Under the pieces are notes generated by a model. It was not told the origin of the DNA. It did no database searches and saw nothing but the letters and a program-made list of their open reading frames with translations. A stretch of 64,000 nucleotides of DNA from assembly GCA_030141605.1 (NCBI GenBank), contig JAQGDQ010002367.1, positions 372,001-436,000 on the forward strand, written 5' to 3'. Shown piece by piece: positions 27,483-39,975 of the stretch; the stretch's first letter is position 1; each line of letters opens with the position of its first letter. The position numbers were made by a program, and so were the translations under genes. Source of the stretch: Tubiluchus corallicola (taxonomy: Eukaryota; Animalia; Priapulida).

Positions 27483-27919
27483 TTGAGGCCCTTATTATTT
27501 GAACTTGTTGCCGTACCAACTGAGAACTTGCACCAATTTTGATACTTTTAAACCCAAATTAAAAACTTTAAAAGCTCATTAATCAGATCATAACTCCACT
27601 AACTGAAAAACTGTGAACTAATCGGGACTCGAACCCGAGACTGCGAAGATCTGGGATAAGAAGTCTGGGAACAGGGTTGGAGATGGGACTGAATGTTTGG
27701 GAACGGGTCTGGGGATTTTAGAAGAGTTCGGGATCGAGATTCGGGGTTCGGAACACAAAAAGTAAGCAATTACGCAAGTAAGCAGAAGTTGGGCATGGGC
27801 AAGCAATTTTAATGATGTGGTAAAACGAACCTTGTTTTGTTTGCCAGCTCCCATAATTTACCGGATGGTGTACGCCATCTATACTCTTATATTAATATTC
27901 TTGGTATATATATATATAA

Positions 27920-28428
27920 GATTCGAGGCTACAGCTTCGACGAGAGCACCATTTGCGGCGATCTATATATCAAACGAAAGGTCTCGATCTAGTGTCGTGC
28001 CATTGATGGTTTATTTTTCGAATCGGGCCCACCGGGAGGAGGGGGAGGCGAAAAACCTCCAAAAATGCCCCTTTTTCGACCGTTTTTTGCAAAAAATTGC
28101 AAAAGTTATACGGCTGAGATGTAGAGAACGGGAACGGGCCGAGGGTGGTCCTGGGTATGGATAGATAGCCGGTTCAGCGGTGGGTGTAGTAGGCATATTT
28201 AGAATTCGCGAGAGGGCCAGGGCGCCCCGCAACGGGCGTTTTCCCGGACCCAACTCGCGATTTTTTCGAAATTTTGACCAAACAGCCTGCAGAAAAAACG
28301 TTCTAGCGTCGCCCGGTGGGACTCTCGGAAGGAGATATACGGCTCTTTACAAAGAGGAAGGACAGGGCTACACGATGATGTAGGTTATACTTTAGTGCAG
28401 GTCCACCGAGAGGGGTATCAACGAGTTA
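27920..28428 (+). mobile_element. GC-rich non-autonomous repeat element, longer relative of the 19240-19410 copy
   Basis: GC-rich island with no credible ORF, similar to 19240-19410, ending ...CAACGAG|TTAA; matching left terminus not found, so class unassigned. Confidence 0.5.
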
Positions 28429-31400
28429 ATAAGATGTTCTATTATCGACAATTTTCGCCTTAGAAAATTGCTGACGCAAAGGCAGACGCATTCCATTGTG
28501 CTGACGTCATCCATTGTGTCTATAACTTTAATTCAGCAAAAAGCTGCTTTGCAACATACAGTAGGCAGGAGTAAACGCTGCTGGCTTTGCGTTAGGTAAG
28601 TAGGCAGGATGTTACGGACTTTACGGGCTTTGTGTTATAAATGAGGACTGTGTAGGATGTTCGCGTGTTATTGCTTATACGTGGTTTTTTACGCAAAATG
28701 TTTTGCGGGGCCTTTGCTAGTTCAGTATTAATATCACTAATGTTGGCCTTACAAGTTTCCATAAAGCATGAGCAGTTGTGAGCACAGTGGGTCATAAGTA
28801 CGGCCTAATTTTGTGTTCGGAATAAGTGAGGAATAAAAATTTGCTTGTTAATGTGTATGTTGTAGAAACAGGTGCTATGATATTAAAAACACTCCTTCCC
28901 CTACCCACTGAAACCCACGAAGCCGGCTTCGCAGTGAATCGTACCATTACAATGTAGGGGTAGAATGAAAATAAATGGTGTTTCGCCGTTGTAACACTGT
29001 CCTCCCCCCATAGAAAATACTATGTCCTCGAACAAAAATGGAGCAGACAAGGAAGAAAATCTGAGCTGCATAACGCTTAAAGTGCATCTACTAAATACAA
29101 AGTTTTGAGCAGTTTAATCTATTTTGCAGTATAAATAAAGAAATTAGATATGGTTTCAGGCCCGAAGATCTGGTTGCGTCCACGCCAAATTCAGTAGGTA
29201 GGTTGGTTCCTGGTAAACTGCATAAAGGTGTCCAGAATGAAATGGTTATGATGAATGTTTCCCGCTCTACTACACGGGTGGTTTAGCTCATTCGCAAGGA
29301 CTTGACTAACTCACAAATATTCGCTGACGTTTCATATTCGTCTCGGATACTCGCAGGTTTGGAAAGTTCTGTGCGTTCCACTACTTGACCGGTCTCACCG
29401 GAGGATAGTACTAGAGCAGTTCACTTAGGTAAGCACAGTCGTCCCTGCTGCCGACTCATCGTCATCCCCGGAAAATGCAGACACGATGAGGCACATGGGT
29501 CTACGAAACTCGTTTTCGTACATATAGCTACCCCGATAACAAATTAACACCAGCAATTGTGGCACAAGTTAAAATAGCAATCCATTGCTGCTATTGCCAT
29601 TGCAAACTGCGCCATCTGTAGAAATACTCCGTCGTATTCAAAAACCGATTCTTTACAAGAAGAAAATGAAGAGACTATCCTCGCTCTTGATACTGAGAGC
29701 CACCGTGAAGCAGGTATAGATAACTCGTGCCGTAAAAGTTATCGAGAACTTGGAAGCATGACTGAACGTGTTGTACAAATCTCGCAGTAATTGGCGACGT
29801 TGTTGGTGACGTACTTCACTGTGCTGAGGTACTTCACGTCTCTATACCTGGTGAGTAAACAAGGTGAAGTTGTCGATTTAAAAACTCGCCAGGTACCTAA
29901 TTCATTACACTCCATGCTGGCTGTCATTGCGGAACAGGTGCTAAATGGAATATGCACCGTCAGCCTACTGAACCGACGGCACCATTCCATGGCAATAGTT
30001 TTATATGTGGCATTTATATGCGCTACTATGTAATGGCTTCGTAATGACGAGACCACCAGAATGTTGAGGGAGGGTTGAAAATAAATGGCATTTCGCCCCA
30101 GTAACACTATTAAAGTTTGATTTTGATTTTATTCTTTCGAATATTTTATATTATATTTTATATTTATATTAACCTTTCTAGCGTTTATAATTTTTCTAAC
30201 ATTTGTGTTAGCACAGTGTATATAATCAAATTAACTATACATAAGTAAAGCGAAAACGTATTAAATTAGTAAGGACCGAAACGTACTAGAAATTATACAG
30301 GCTTCTAATCTGTTAATGCATATCAGGCATTATGAAAAAATTATAGCCAAGTTCTGACGAGTGCAGTTTTCACTAGCCAATAAATATCTTTGGGTCAGCA
30401 ACCTGTTTCCTTGCATGGAGCACATAGAAAAAGATGTATGTCAGAAAACTGTTATTCCACATAGTTTTTTAATCCTGCCTTCTTAATCTCAGGCAGGGAC
30501 TGTCATGAATTAGCGAGAAGACTCAAAATGCCGTTTATTACAATATTTCGTAATTATCTTAAACTGATTTCACAGTATACACTGTAAATAGGTATAGGCC
30601 TATTTTTAATTTGGTACACCCGCATTAGACTGGGAGAACACAATCGTGTGGTAGAGGACAAGAATTTGGGTCTATCTCAACTCTGAAGTAACTTTTTTAT
30701 CACTTTTTTTATCCCCTTTCTTTATCCCCTTTATCTTGTGTGTAAATAGTAATCACTTTATACCACTTTTTAATCACGTTTTTTCATCTGTGTGATACAT
30801 AATAGCTAACTCTGTAGTAGACACGATTTTAATCTCTGTAGTAGACACGATTAAAGCTCTGTATTGCCTGACTCCTTTGCTTCAAACATTCACCTACACA
30901 TAGTAACTAAAAAGGTAATTTTAATGATATATTTACATTTTATTTTAATTCATTGTGTCTAATTATAGGAGTTATATATTTATAAATCATCGTTCCTTTA
31001 CAAACAGGGGAAAATAAACGAAATTTTTGTAATTCTAATTGCAGATGGCAGCACCACATTCACGTGCCTCATGGTAGCGTGCTTGTTCATAGCGCTAGTT
31101 TTGGTGTTTGGAATTGACGTAAAACACACGTATTAATCGTAGAGACAGTTACTTTGATGTTATTCTGAGTATCTCGTGCTTAGTTTAATAGGACAATCGC
31201 TTTCCTAATCACGTTGAAAAACACGTACAACTTTTACAGAAGTCAGTATGGGTAGTTTACAGCTTATCGTTCTTGCCTTGGATTAATAACGTAATGCATT
31301 GTCAGATTTCCATTATTTTTAGGATAGGGTTTTTTACATATGCGCCGTTGCGAAAACCGACCTACCAAGCAGTCTAAGCACCTAAACAGTTGCAGTATGG

Positions 31401-32985
31401 GTTGTTGTTCAGGCGCGTGTGACATTTTGCAGCAGTTAGTTTTAGTCGAAGACCTTAACGTAGTCTTGGAGCAGACTGGAGTAACTTCAAGATGTATTAG
31501 GTCGTTTCACCTCGAGCATGTGTAATGTCTGAAAGTGCGAAAAATTATTAATCTCCATTTCTTGTTATATATACGTTAATTATAATTCATAATTTATTTT
31601 TGGTTAGGCATATAATATGTTGGCAGAATACAAATGGGCAGCATTTGAAAAAGAAAAATTATTGCATTGTTTCAGTCTGTTGTAATTTAAGTGGAAGATG
31701 GGGAAGTGGTTGATTAAGTTAATAAGCAAATAAAAGTAAAAGTTGTTAAGTGTTAGTTTACTGAAGGTTATTATCAGTAAATCTTAAAAAAAACTATTAA
31801 ACCTACTCTCAACAGCATTTACTGTATTTTAATATGTATACAATAACAAAAAATATTGATATTACCACAAAATATATGTGCTGAAAATGCATTGCTTAAA
31901 AATGTAAAAGAAATTTATTTTTTTCTTATTTTCCGCCAAATGAATCTTGCTGTGAAAAAAGAACATAAGCTGGTGGACTACTTGAACGTTGTGAAGGTAC
32001 GTGTAGCAAAACTTCTGCAGTTCACTCAGAAATTTCGCTATTCTAGCATTGTGTTTTACTGTGTTTATGCAAAAATTAGTCATTGAATCAATTATTGACA
32101 ACTTTAAAGTGCATACATAGTTTTAATACACAGGATTATACCTTAAAATGTGTAAGTACTGTAATGTGTACATAATTTGTACATGTGTATATTGTTTGCT
32201 CAAGCACCTGGCATAAGTGTTCATATATATTTTTTGTTCAAAATGAGCATGCCCATGTTTGAAGTGATCACAACTTTAAACTTGATTTTACTAATTACAC
32301 TCGTGAGTTGCTTTTCACAATTTTTCTCAAGTCTTAAATTAATCTTAACTTCCCGAAAGACAGCCTTTCCTTTTAACTAACTGTACAATTTGCATTGAGA
32401 AAATCAAAAATGTGCAACTAAACATGATTTTACTATTTTTATCCATGAATAATTAAGCAGTTACCTGTGTTTACTTTTCATGACTTATTTCTGCAAAATG
32501 GATACTACACTAGAATTGGCAACATTGTAAACTGTGCAATTAACATTCTGTGTGACATCCCTTGGCAATCTGCACTTTTTGTGATGCTTATGTTATCATC
32601 CTGTCATTCTTTCTTAAAGAGATGCTTGCACCTGAAATATTACTAATTAATTGTACTCTTGCATATAATTTTTTTTGTAACATAGAGATAAGTGCAGTGT
32701 TATCCAAGATGATGTCTGAAATTAATTGTTTAAGATTTGCTAGTGTATCCGAAATTTCTAACAAATTATTAAGAGCGAACATTGACATAATTTATGATAT
32801 ATGGAGCTTTATATTATCTGTAGATACTGTGTCCTTAATTTTAAAATAGCATTGTATTGTCTATCATTATCCTTTAGACTCCATTGTAGTTTATGATATT
32901 TTTTCAAGATTTTTAGTGAAGTTAATTGAAGATTTTGTTATTAATGCAGGTGATGTGAATTTTTTCAGGTAGCCAAAGTGTTAAA

Positions 32986-35900
32986 ATGGAAGACAAAGAT
33001 TTGTGTCGCACCAAGAAGGTGCCACTTTACATAAAGACACCTCTTGTTGAAAGTACAGCACTTTCTCAAAGAGCTGGTATTCCAGTGTACCTCAAGCTAG
33101 AATGTGTGCAGCCAGTTCATTCCTTTAAACTTAGAGGCATATCTAACTTATGCCAAAAGGTAATGAAGACGCATTCAGAGTTTTGGTTAGCACAAAGTAA
33201 AATGTAGTTAATAGTGTTAATAGGCAGATTTTGAGAATTGACTGTAAAATAATGAAGTCGATTAAATGTTGCACAGAAAATTTCTAAAAAAAAACTTATT
33301 TAAAGAACATTTACAATAATTTGCATGTTTGACAAACCGAACTGAAACATGCAGTCTTTGAAAGGAGTTCCACAGTCTAAACAGAATATGCTTTGTCAAA
33401 TTTTTAAGTGCGGAGTAGACATACAGGCTGTGACAACATGGCATTTGTGGAAGAAGAATCTGTGGTAGAAATAGATTATGTTGTTCTAATTGGTAATCTA
33501 AGCGTGTTGTAGTGACACAATTAAGATGTGAGTTACATGCTGAATATTCTGATTTTTGCCTAAGAGTGCCTGCGAATAAAGCAGTTTTAGGCAAAAATCA
33601 AAATCAGTGTTGCATTAATGTGTACTTGACTTTAAAGCATATAATACGAAGAAATATGTTCGTTTAACTAGATTTGCAAGTCTGTTGAAAAATCAATTTC
33701 AAACTGACACTCAGACCAGTAAGCAATCCGATTAATCAATTTTTAGAAAAAAAAACAATTTCCCATCACTAGTGAGCGTCACATGTAATATTACAGTGCA
33801 TTGTATTCTCCTTTAAATTCCATTTTGCTTCCTGAAAAAATATTTCTGAAAGTCAATTTACTGTTCTTAGTATTTCTACTATTTTTGTTCAGTCAGTATG
33901 AAAGCGTCATGTAGTCCTTTCAGCAGAATGGCAAAATTCTATAAATTTAATCAACCCATGTCAGTTATGGCTCAAATGAAATCTTGTATTCAAAATTCCA
34001 ATTTAGTGCTTTTTGGCGAAAAATTCAATGCCAGTAAATTTATGAGTAAAAACAATATTCATCACATTTCAGTTTTCCAGAAACATTTAAAATTGTTAAT
34101 GCTGAAGTCCAAACCAAAGGGTACATAAACCCGTAAGTAGAGTGAATGGGGTGCCTCTTCAAGCTGGCCGCCAGCAGTCAAATTCATTTATCAGTGTACT
34201 GACTTCTAAGAAAATTGTTCAAACTTATACTGTATATTTACCAAAAAGTTGTGTATGTACACTTCATTCAGTACTCTTGTGACCTCAACTTCAGTTGATT
34301 GCACATTAATACAATGGATTGCTTTACTTCATGGATGAATTGCTGGTTTATTACAGGCAGTTTCCAAGGGGTGTAAACAGTTTGTGTGCTCATCGGGTGG
34401 TAATGCTGGACTTGCTGCTGCTTTTTCAGGTAAAATACATGTAATGTCGTGATTGTCACAAACTTTTCTTCTGAGAAACCATCTATCAAAAAACACCTTT
34501 TTTCTCAGTTAATTGCAGAACATTAACTTATCACTTTGTTATAATTTAGCGACGGCAGCCTGTTCAACCTCTCTCGTCTCCGAGCAAAGTCACGGGTTCG
34601 CAAAGTTCTCATTCGTGAAATGCTGTTTGCAGATGATGCCGCACTGACAGCTCACACTGAAGCCGGCCTCCAAGGCCTCATTGACAACTTTGCCCATGCC
34701 TGCAGTGAGTTTGGCCTCACAATCAGCATCCAAAAGACCAAGGTTTTAGGCCAAAATGTTTCCCCAGCCCTTCACATCTCCATCGATGACTGCTGCCTTG
34801 ACGTGGTGGAAGATTTCACCTATCTTGGTTCTGTTATTTCCAGCAATCTTAGCTTGGCCACAGAACTGAACTCCAGAATCGGCAAGGCCTCATCAACGAT
34901 GGCTCGCTTAACAAAGAGGGTGTGGGAAAACAACATGCTGACTATCAGGACAAAGTCCCAGGTGTACCAAGCCTGTGTACTGAGCACACTGTTGTACGGG
35001 AGCGAGAGTTGGACTCTGTATAGCCATCAAGAACGCAGGCTCAATGCTTTCCACCAACGCTGCCTCAGAAGAATCCTGGGCATCTCATGGCAGGAGCACA
35101 TAACCAACAAGGATGTGCTAGCAAAAGCTGGAATCCCTAGCATGTATGCCATACTCACCAACAGACGTTTGCGCTGGCTAGGCCATGTTTCCCGCATGCA
35201 GGACGGCAGATTGCCCAAGGACATTCTGTACGGTGAGCTTGCTACTGGCTCCCGACCCACCGGGAGGCCACTGCTCCGCTACAAAGATGTATGTAAACGG
35301 GACCTCAAGGCAGGCGGCATGACACCAGCAAATTACGAGGCGCTTGCGGCAGATCGAAGCAACTGGAAATCTGCTGTTAGGACAGCCATTAACAGAGCGG
35401 AGAAAACGAGGGAGGAAAAACAAGAGGATAAAAGGACTCGCAGGCACCAGAAAGATGCCCTACCTCACCCGGATGAAACAGCCTTCCAATGTGTAACCTG
35501 CAGCCGGAACTGCCGCTCAAGGATCGGACTGCTCAGTCACAGTCGACGCTGCAGCTCCATCAATTTTATTAATAACTGACTCTCTTGGCGCACAATCCAT
35601 TGTCTTTCGAGACAGAAGGATGCCAACAACAACAACAACAATAATTTAGCTAATAACACGTCTCAAACTTGCAACTCTGATGTAATTATTTAATATTATT
35701 GTATTTATTGAGTAGTAAAATACAATTGAATCTCATTGTAATATCCCCCTTTATAATGACAACCTCTCTTAATACCCAGTTTTTAGCAAATCAGAATTCT
35801 ATATTTGCATAGACGTGTGTGTATTAATGCACCTCATTACAATGCTAAAGCACTAAAATGCCAATTTTTTGCAGTCCCAAAGTAGGCAGCGTGAAGAGAT

Positions 35901-38900
35901 TTGATTGTAATACGATAAAAACAAAGTAACTGCAATAGAGTCAAATAGCCAAATAGGCCTGCCCTAATTATTTACGTTACTCATTCAACTGCACACAAAA
36001 AATGACTATTTTGTACAGCAATCCAAAATATGTATAAAGTTTCTATTAACTGAATACGAACTGTAAACTCTAATATTTAAACTTTTTGTAGTAGTCTGAG
36101 AACTATAGTTTTAATGTACTCTTGGCTTGGTTCATTTTTTGTTCAGTTACTACATTGGACTTTGACTTAGTTAGCTTGTTAAAGGTTTTAGTACTTTCGT
36201 TGTCATAGTGTATAGCATTTTGCTTGGTTATGTCATAGTCTGCATACTCTAATCTTAAATAAATAAGCTATTTTATTAATGCAGCTAGAAAGCTCAGTGT
36301 GGCAGCTACCATCTGTGTGCCTGAAACTACACCTCAGATGATGATTGACATTCTGCGTAATGAGGGAGCCACTGTACATGTGCTTGGTATTAACTGGGAT
36401 GCAGCAAATAAAAAAGCTTTAGAGATGAGCAAAGAAGAAGGTATTTTGATTACAGTAGTTACAACAAAACAGTTTGTGTAATGTATTTAAGCATTTCTTA
36501 TCCTTGTAAATTAAATCCACATTTTCTTTTAATTTACGATATGTCGAAACTTTAAAATGATGATATAATAACGTAAAATCAGATTTATAAAATGAGTTCA
36601 TGAATATTTTTGTACAACTAATAATAATATTTAATATCTTTACAATTTCTCCTAGGTGTGACATTTGTTCATCCATTTGATCATCCAGATATCTGGTAAG
36701 ATTTAATATTTTGCATAACATGTATAAGATGGGTTTGAAAGGTGATTTACTGGAGAAACACAACTCAGTATTTGGCAACCTAATGATAGTCATTTGAATA
36801 TTTTCTTTTTAAACTGGGTGATTAGTTACATTAATTGTCTTTTTAAATGCATCTTGTTAGCCATAAAAGTTTAAAAAAAAACAGGTATATTTTCAGGCAA
36901 CTTTAAGTGAATGATGTTTTATAATCGTTGAATGATGTTTGTGTGCTTTTTCCTGAAGTTGAAATGAGACGTGATAAATACACAAAAAATGACAATGTTG
37001 GGCGAAAGCAATACAGCCTTTGCATCCATAGTATGTAAATATCTTGTACATGATGTTTATTGTGTTGTTTAGTTTTGCTTGTAACAGCATTCTGTAAACA
37101 CTGTGGATATTTTGTTATAACTTCTATTTTATAGTTTGCCTGCTTCAGGGAAGGCCATGCTAGCATAGTTAAGGAAATAGCTGCCGAAATTCCTCAGAAA
37201 CCTGGCGCCATTGTCGTTTCTGTCGGAGGAGGTGGTCTGTTTAATGGCATTGTACATGGTCTTCAGGTATGTGGGAACTAATTGTCTTTAAGTGTCTTTT
37301 GTAGTATGTATCAAATACAGAACCTTCCTGGTCACTGTTTTATTTAGAATACAAAAACGTATTAAGTCTAGTTTTTCTTAAGTACATGAGAATCACCTTT
37401 TGCATAACTACTACAAATTTTAAAATTACCGGAAGTCTATAATACTTAATTATTTCTTCCGTCAGTGATTGATTCTCTTGATTTAAATTTCTTGGGCTAA
37501 TGTGTTCATATGTTACATTTTTATGTAACTATGAACATGCGTGGTCCCTGCAAGCAGGCAGCTATGAGAAATAGAACAAAGATAAATTGCAGAGTAGTGA
37601 TTAAATATTGAAACTTAATATTCTTTTTTGATCCAGTGTTAAACTAAGTGCAGCTATTATTAGTTGAATTGTTTTGAACACAAGTGGTATATAGTTGTTT
37701 TCGCATGTTAAGCACAATATTTTCTTTAATCTCAGGATATTGGCTGGAATGATGTACCAGTGGTTGCCATGGAAACTGTTGGTGCAGATTGCTTCAATTT
37801 GACACTGCAAGCAGGAAAGATTGTTACAATCAGTGATATAGCTAGGTTTGCAAAACTAGTTATTTATTTAAATTGCCCAATTCTAAAGGACATCATACAG
37901 TCCTTTATCATCAGTGACATCATCAGTGTGAGTAATGTCAGGATTCGTCCTGGAAGAAGAGAATCTTAACCTGTTAACAGAAGTCAACATTATTGATTTA
38001 ATGTTGCTATTATTGCTGCACCTTTCATTTTCAGTTAGACATGTATATTAACGTTTATATTGATCATTGATTTTATGTAATTTAAATTCATTTCATTGCT
38101 ATTTTCTCTGATTTTTCCAAGTACTTTAGTTATGTAACCTTGTGCAGCAGTAATTTTATGTACATGAAAGCATTAGCAAGTTCACTCAGTCTCTGGCAGA
38201 AACACATTCTAAAATTTATGCTGATGAGCATTTGAATAGCAATAGCCATTGTATTCACACTAGAGCAGTTACCATTTAATTAGTCCTGTTCTTCTTTATC
38301 ATTGTCTTTTTCTTTAATTTAATGTAGCATAGCAAAAACGCTGGGCGCTCGGGCAGTTTCAAAGCAGACATTTAACTTGTCACAGAAACATCCAGTACTT
38401 TCAGAAGTTGTTAGTGATTATGCTGCTGTTTCAGCATGTTTATCTTTTGCAGGTAATGCATGCTTTTGTTCTCTCTCCTTTTGTTTGGAGAACTTGATTT
38501 GATTCTATAGATTGGGTTTGTTAACAATGTACAGCATGTTTTTTAGTATAAAAAAATTTCAAGATGATGAATGACTTTTTTTAGAAAACCTTAATAGGAT
38601 TCATTTGAGGATTCTATCCAGCTTAAATGCAAGTCTTTAATTATAATGATTAAATGACTGCCTAACTTTACTCACGTGCAAAATTTACGTGGATACATTG
38701 TTGTTGATTCACATTGTGCAGTAGTATCTCATTTTTATGTTATTATGGTTGTGATGTAAGTAGCTTTTCATTAGTGCCTGTACTATTTCGGTGATCTTGT
38801 TCATTACAGATGATCATCACATACTAGTGGAGCCCTCATGTGGTGCTACTTTGTCTTTCATCTACAGTGATATTGTACAAAAGTTTCTAGCATTCGGCAG

Positions 38901-38997
38901 TATTTCAAAAACAAGTCCCATAGTGCTAATTGTCTGTGGTGGTGCTGGTGTGAACAGACAACTGTTAAAATCTTGGGCTGAACAAGTAGGCTGTTGA
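32986..38997 (+). CDS. SDSL: L-serine/L-threonine dehydratase (SDS/SDSL-like PLP-dependent enzyme), 8 coding exons, 327 aa
   Basis: Exons 32986-33159, 34357-34429, 36285-36440, 36656-36695, 37149-37266, 37736-37845, 38328-38452, 38810-38997; all GT-AG with compatible phases, total 984 nt. Motifs: KTPL, SFKLRG (PLP lysine), SSGGNAG, HPFDHPDIWEGH, SVGGGGL, AMETVGA, SIAKTLG, LVEPSCGA, IVCGG. SDS versus SDSL orthology is not resolved. Confidence 0.95.
34551..35640 (+). mobile_element. 5'-truncated RTE-clade LINE in dehydratase intron 2, with TSD and (CAA)n tail
   Basis: Open frame 34551-35579: DGSLFNLSRLRAK..MLFADD, FTYLGS, LLYGSESW, RLRWLGHV, GRPLLRYKD and C-terminal CVTC..RIGLLSH. (CAA)n tail to 35640; ATAATTTAGC duplicated at 34541-34550 and 35641-35650. 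Confidence 0.96.
35723..35907. mobile_element. Tc1/mariner (Tigger/pogo-like) MITE
   Basis: TA|CAATTGAATCTC ... GAGATTTGATTG|TA: imperfect terminal inverted repeats flanked by TA. Confidence 0.65.
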
Positions 38998-39901
38998 TGT
39001 TGCTTCAAAGTATTTTGGTTTATATTAAATTTTGTTGATCTTAAATGAGATTTAAATTATATTGTATATTTTTTGTATTTCATCAGTTTAAATTAAATTG
39101 TAATTTTATTATATTAGTAAGTGTAGTAGTGGCGATACTAGAGGCCACCCATTTCCCAAATTGTACTTAAAACCTCTTTGATCTCAATGGATAAATTACA
39201 GCTTCACTTGTCAAATTACTTATGGCCAAAATCTTTGTCTTACCAGCCTGTTGGAATAGCTGTCCTCAAAGTCCCAATTGAAACCGTCATCTTTTGAGAA
39301 AGAAATGTATGACATTCAATATTATTGCATGAATGAGAGTCAAAATGTGTGCTAAAGATGCTTTGTAAACTCATTTGTGATAATTGCGCATGTATCCGTA
39401 TTTGTAGTTTATTTTTTATGATTGTTGATGTTAATTGTTGATAGGAACAATAATTTTCCAGTTTTCTAATATCATTAATTGGCATGCCAAGTTTTAGGAT
39501 TATGAGTGAGATCTACAGTAATAACGGCTTATATAAATCATGAAAAGTAATCTGCTAACATTCGGATATATTGAATTAGTTGTTGAGTTGTTAGCATCGA
39601 ATTGACATGTAGGTATGTTTAATTAACTTAGTTTTTGAAATGTGATTTTGTCCATGATGCTGTAATTATATGTGTCTGTTACGTAGGTGTATTTAAATTA
39701 AATTACTTTTTTTAATATGTGATTTTATGTTTGTTAGGGTCCAAAACGTTTTATGATAGTTGGATAATTGTTTAATCATTTATCATTTAACCAAACTTTT
39801 ATCAGGGACTAATATGAGTCGCTTTTCTTAGCTCCTAGGAGCTAGTTTTTTGTGTTTTTTGCAAGGCAAGTTTAAGTGAAGTCTGATTTTACGTGATGAT
39901 A

Positions 39902-39975
39902 AGAGGCTATTTAGTTTAGCAGTCAAAGCATCGAACTTGTAAACCAAAAGTCCTTGGTTCAAGTCTAGACTCAAT
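39902..39975 (+). pseudogene. Degenerate tRNA-like or SINE head
   Basis: TAGTTTAGCAG (A-box-like), ACTTGTAAACC (anticodon-loop-like) and GGTTCAAGTC (B-box); stems do not pair. Confidence 0.4.

Noticed and set aside
31041-31054. CTCF/YY1-like motif upstream of the dehydratase gene
   Set aside because: Partial match only; expected by chance in 64 kb.
35027-35447. Antisense ORFs inside the RTE element
   Set aside because: Shadow frames of the GC-richer RT coding sequence.
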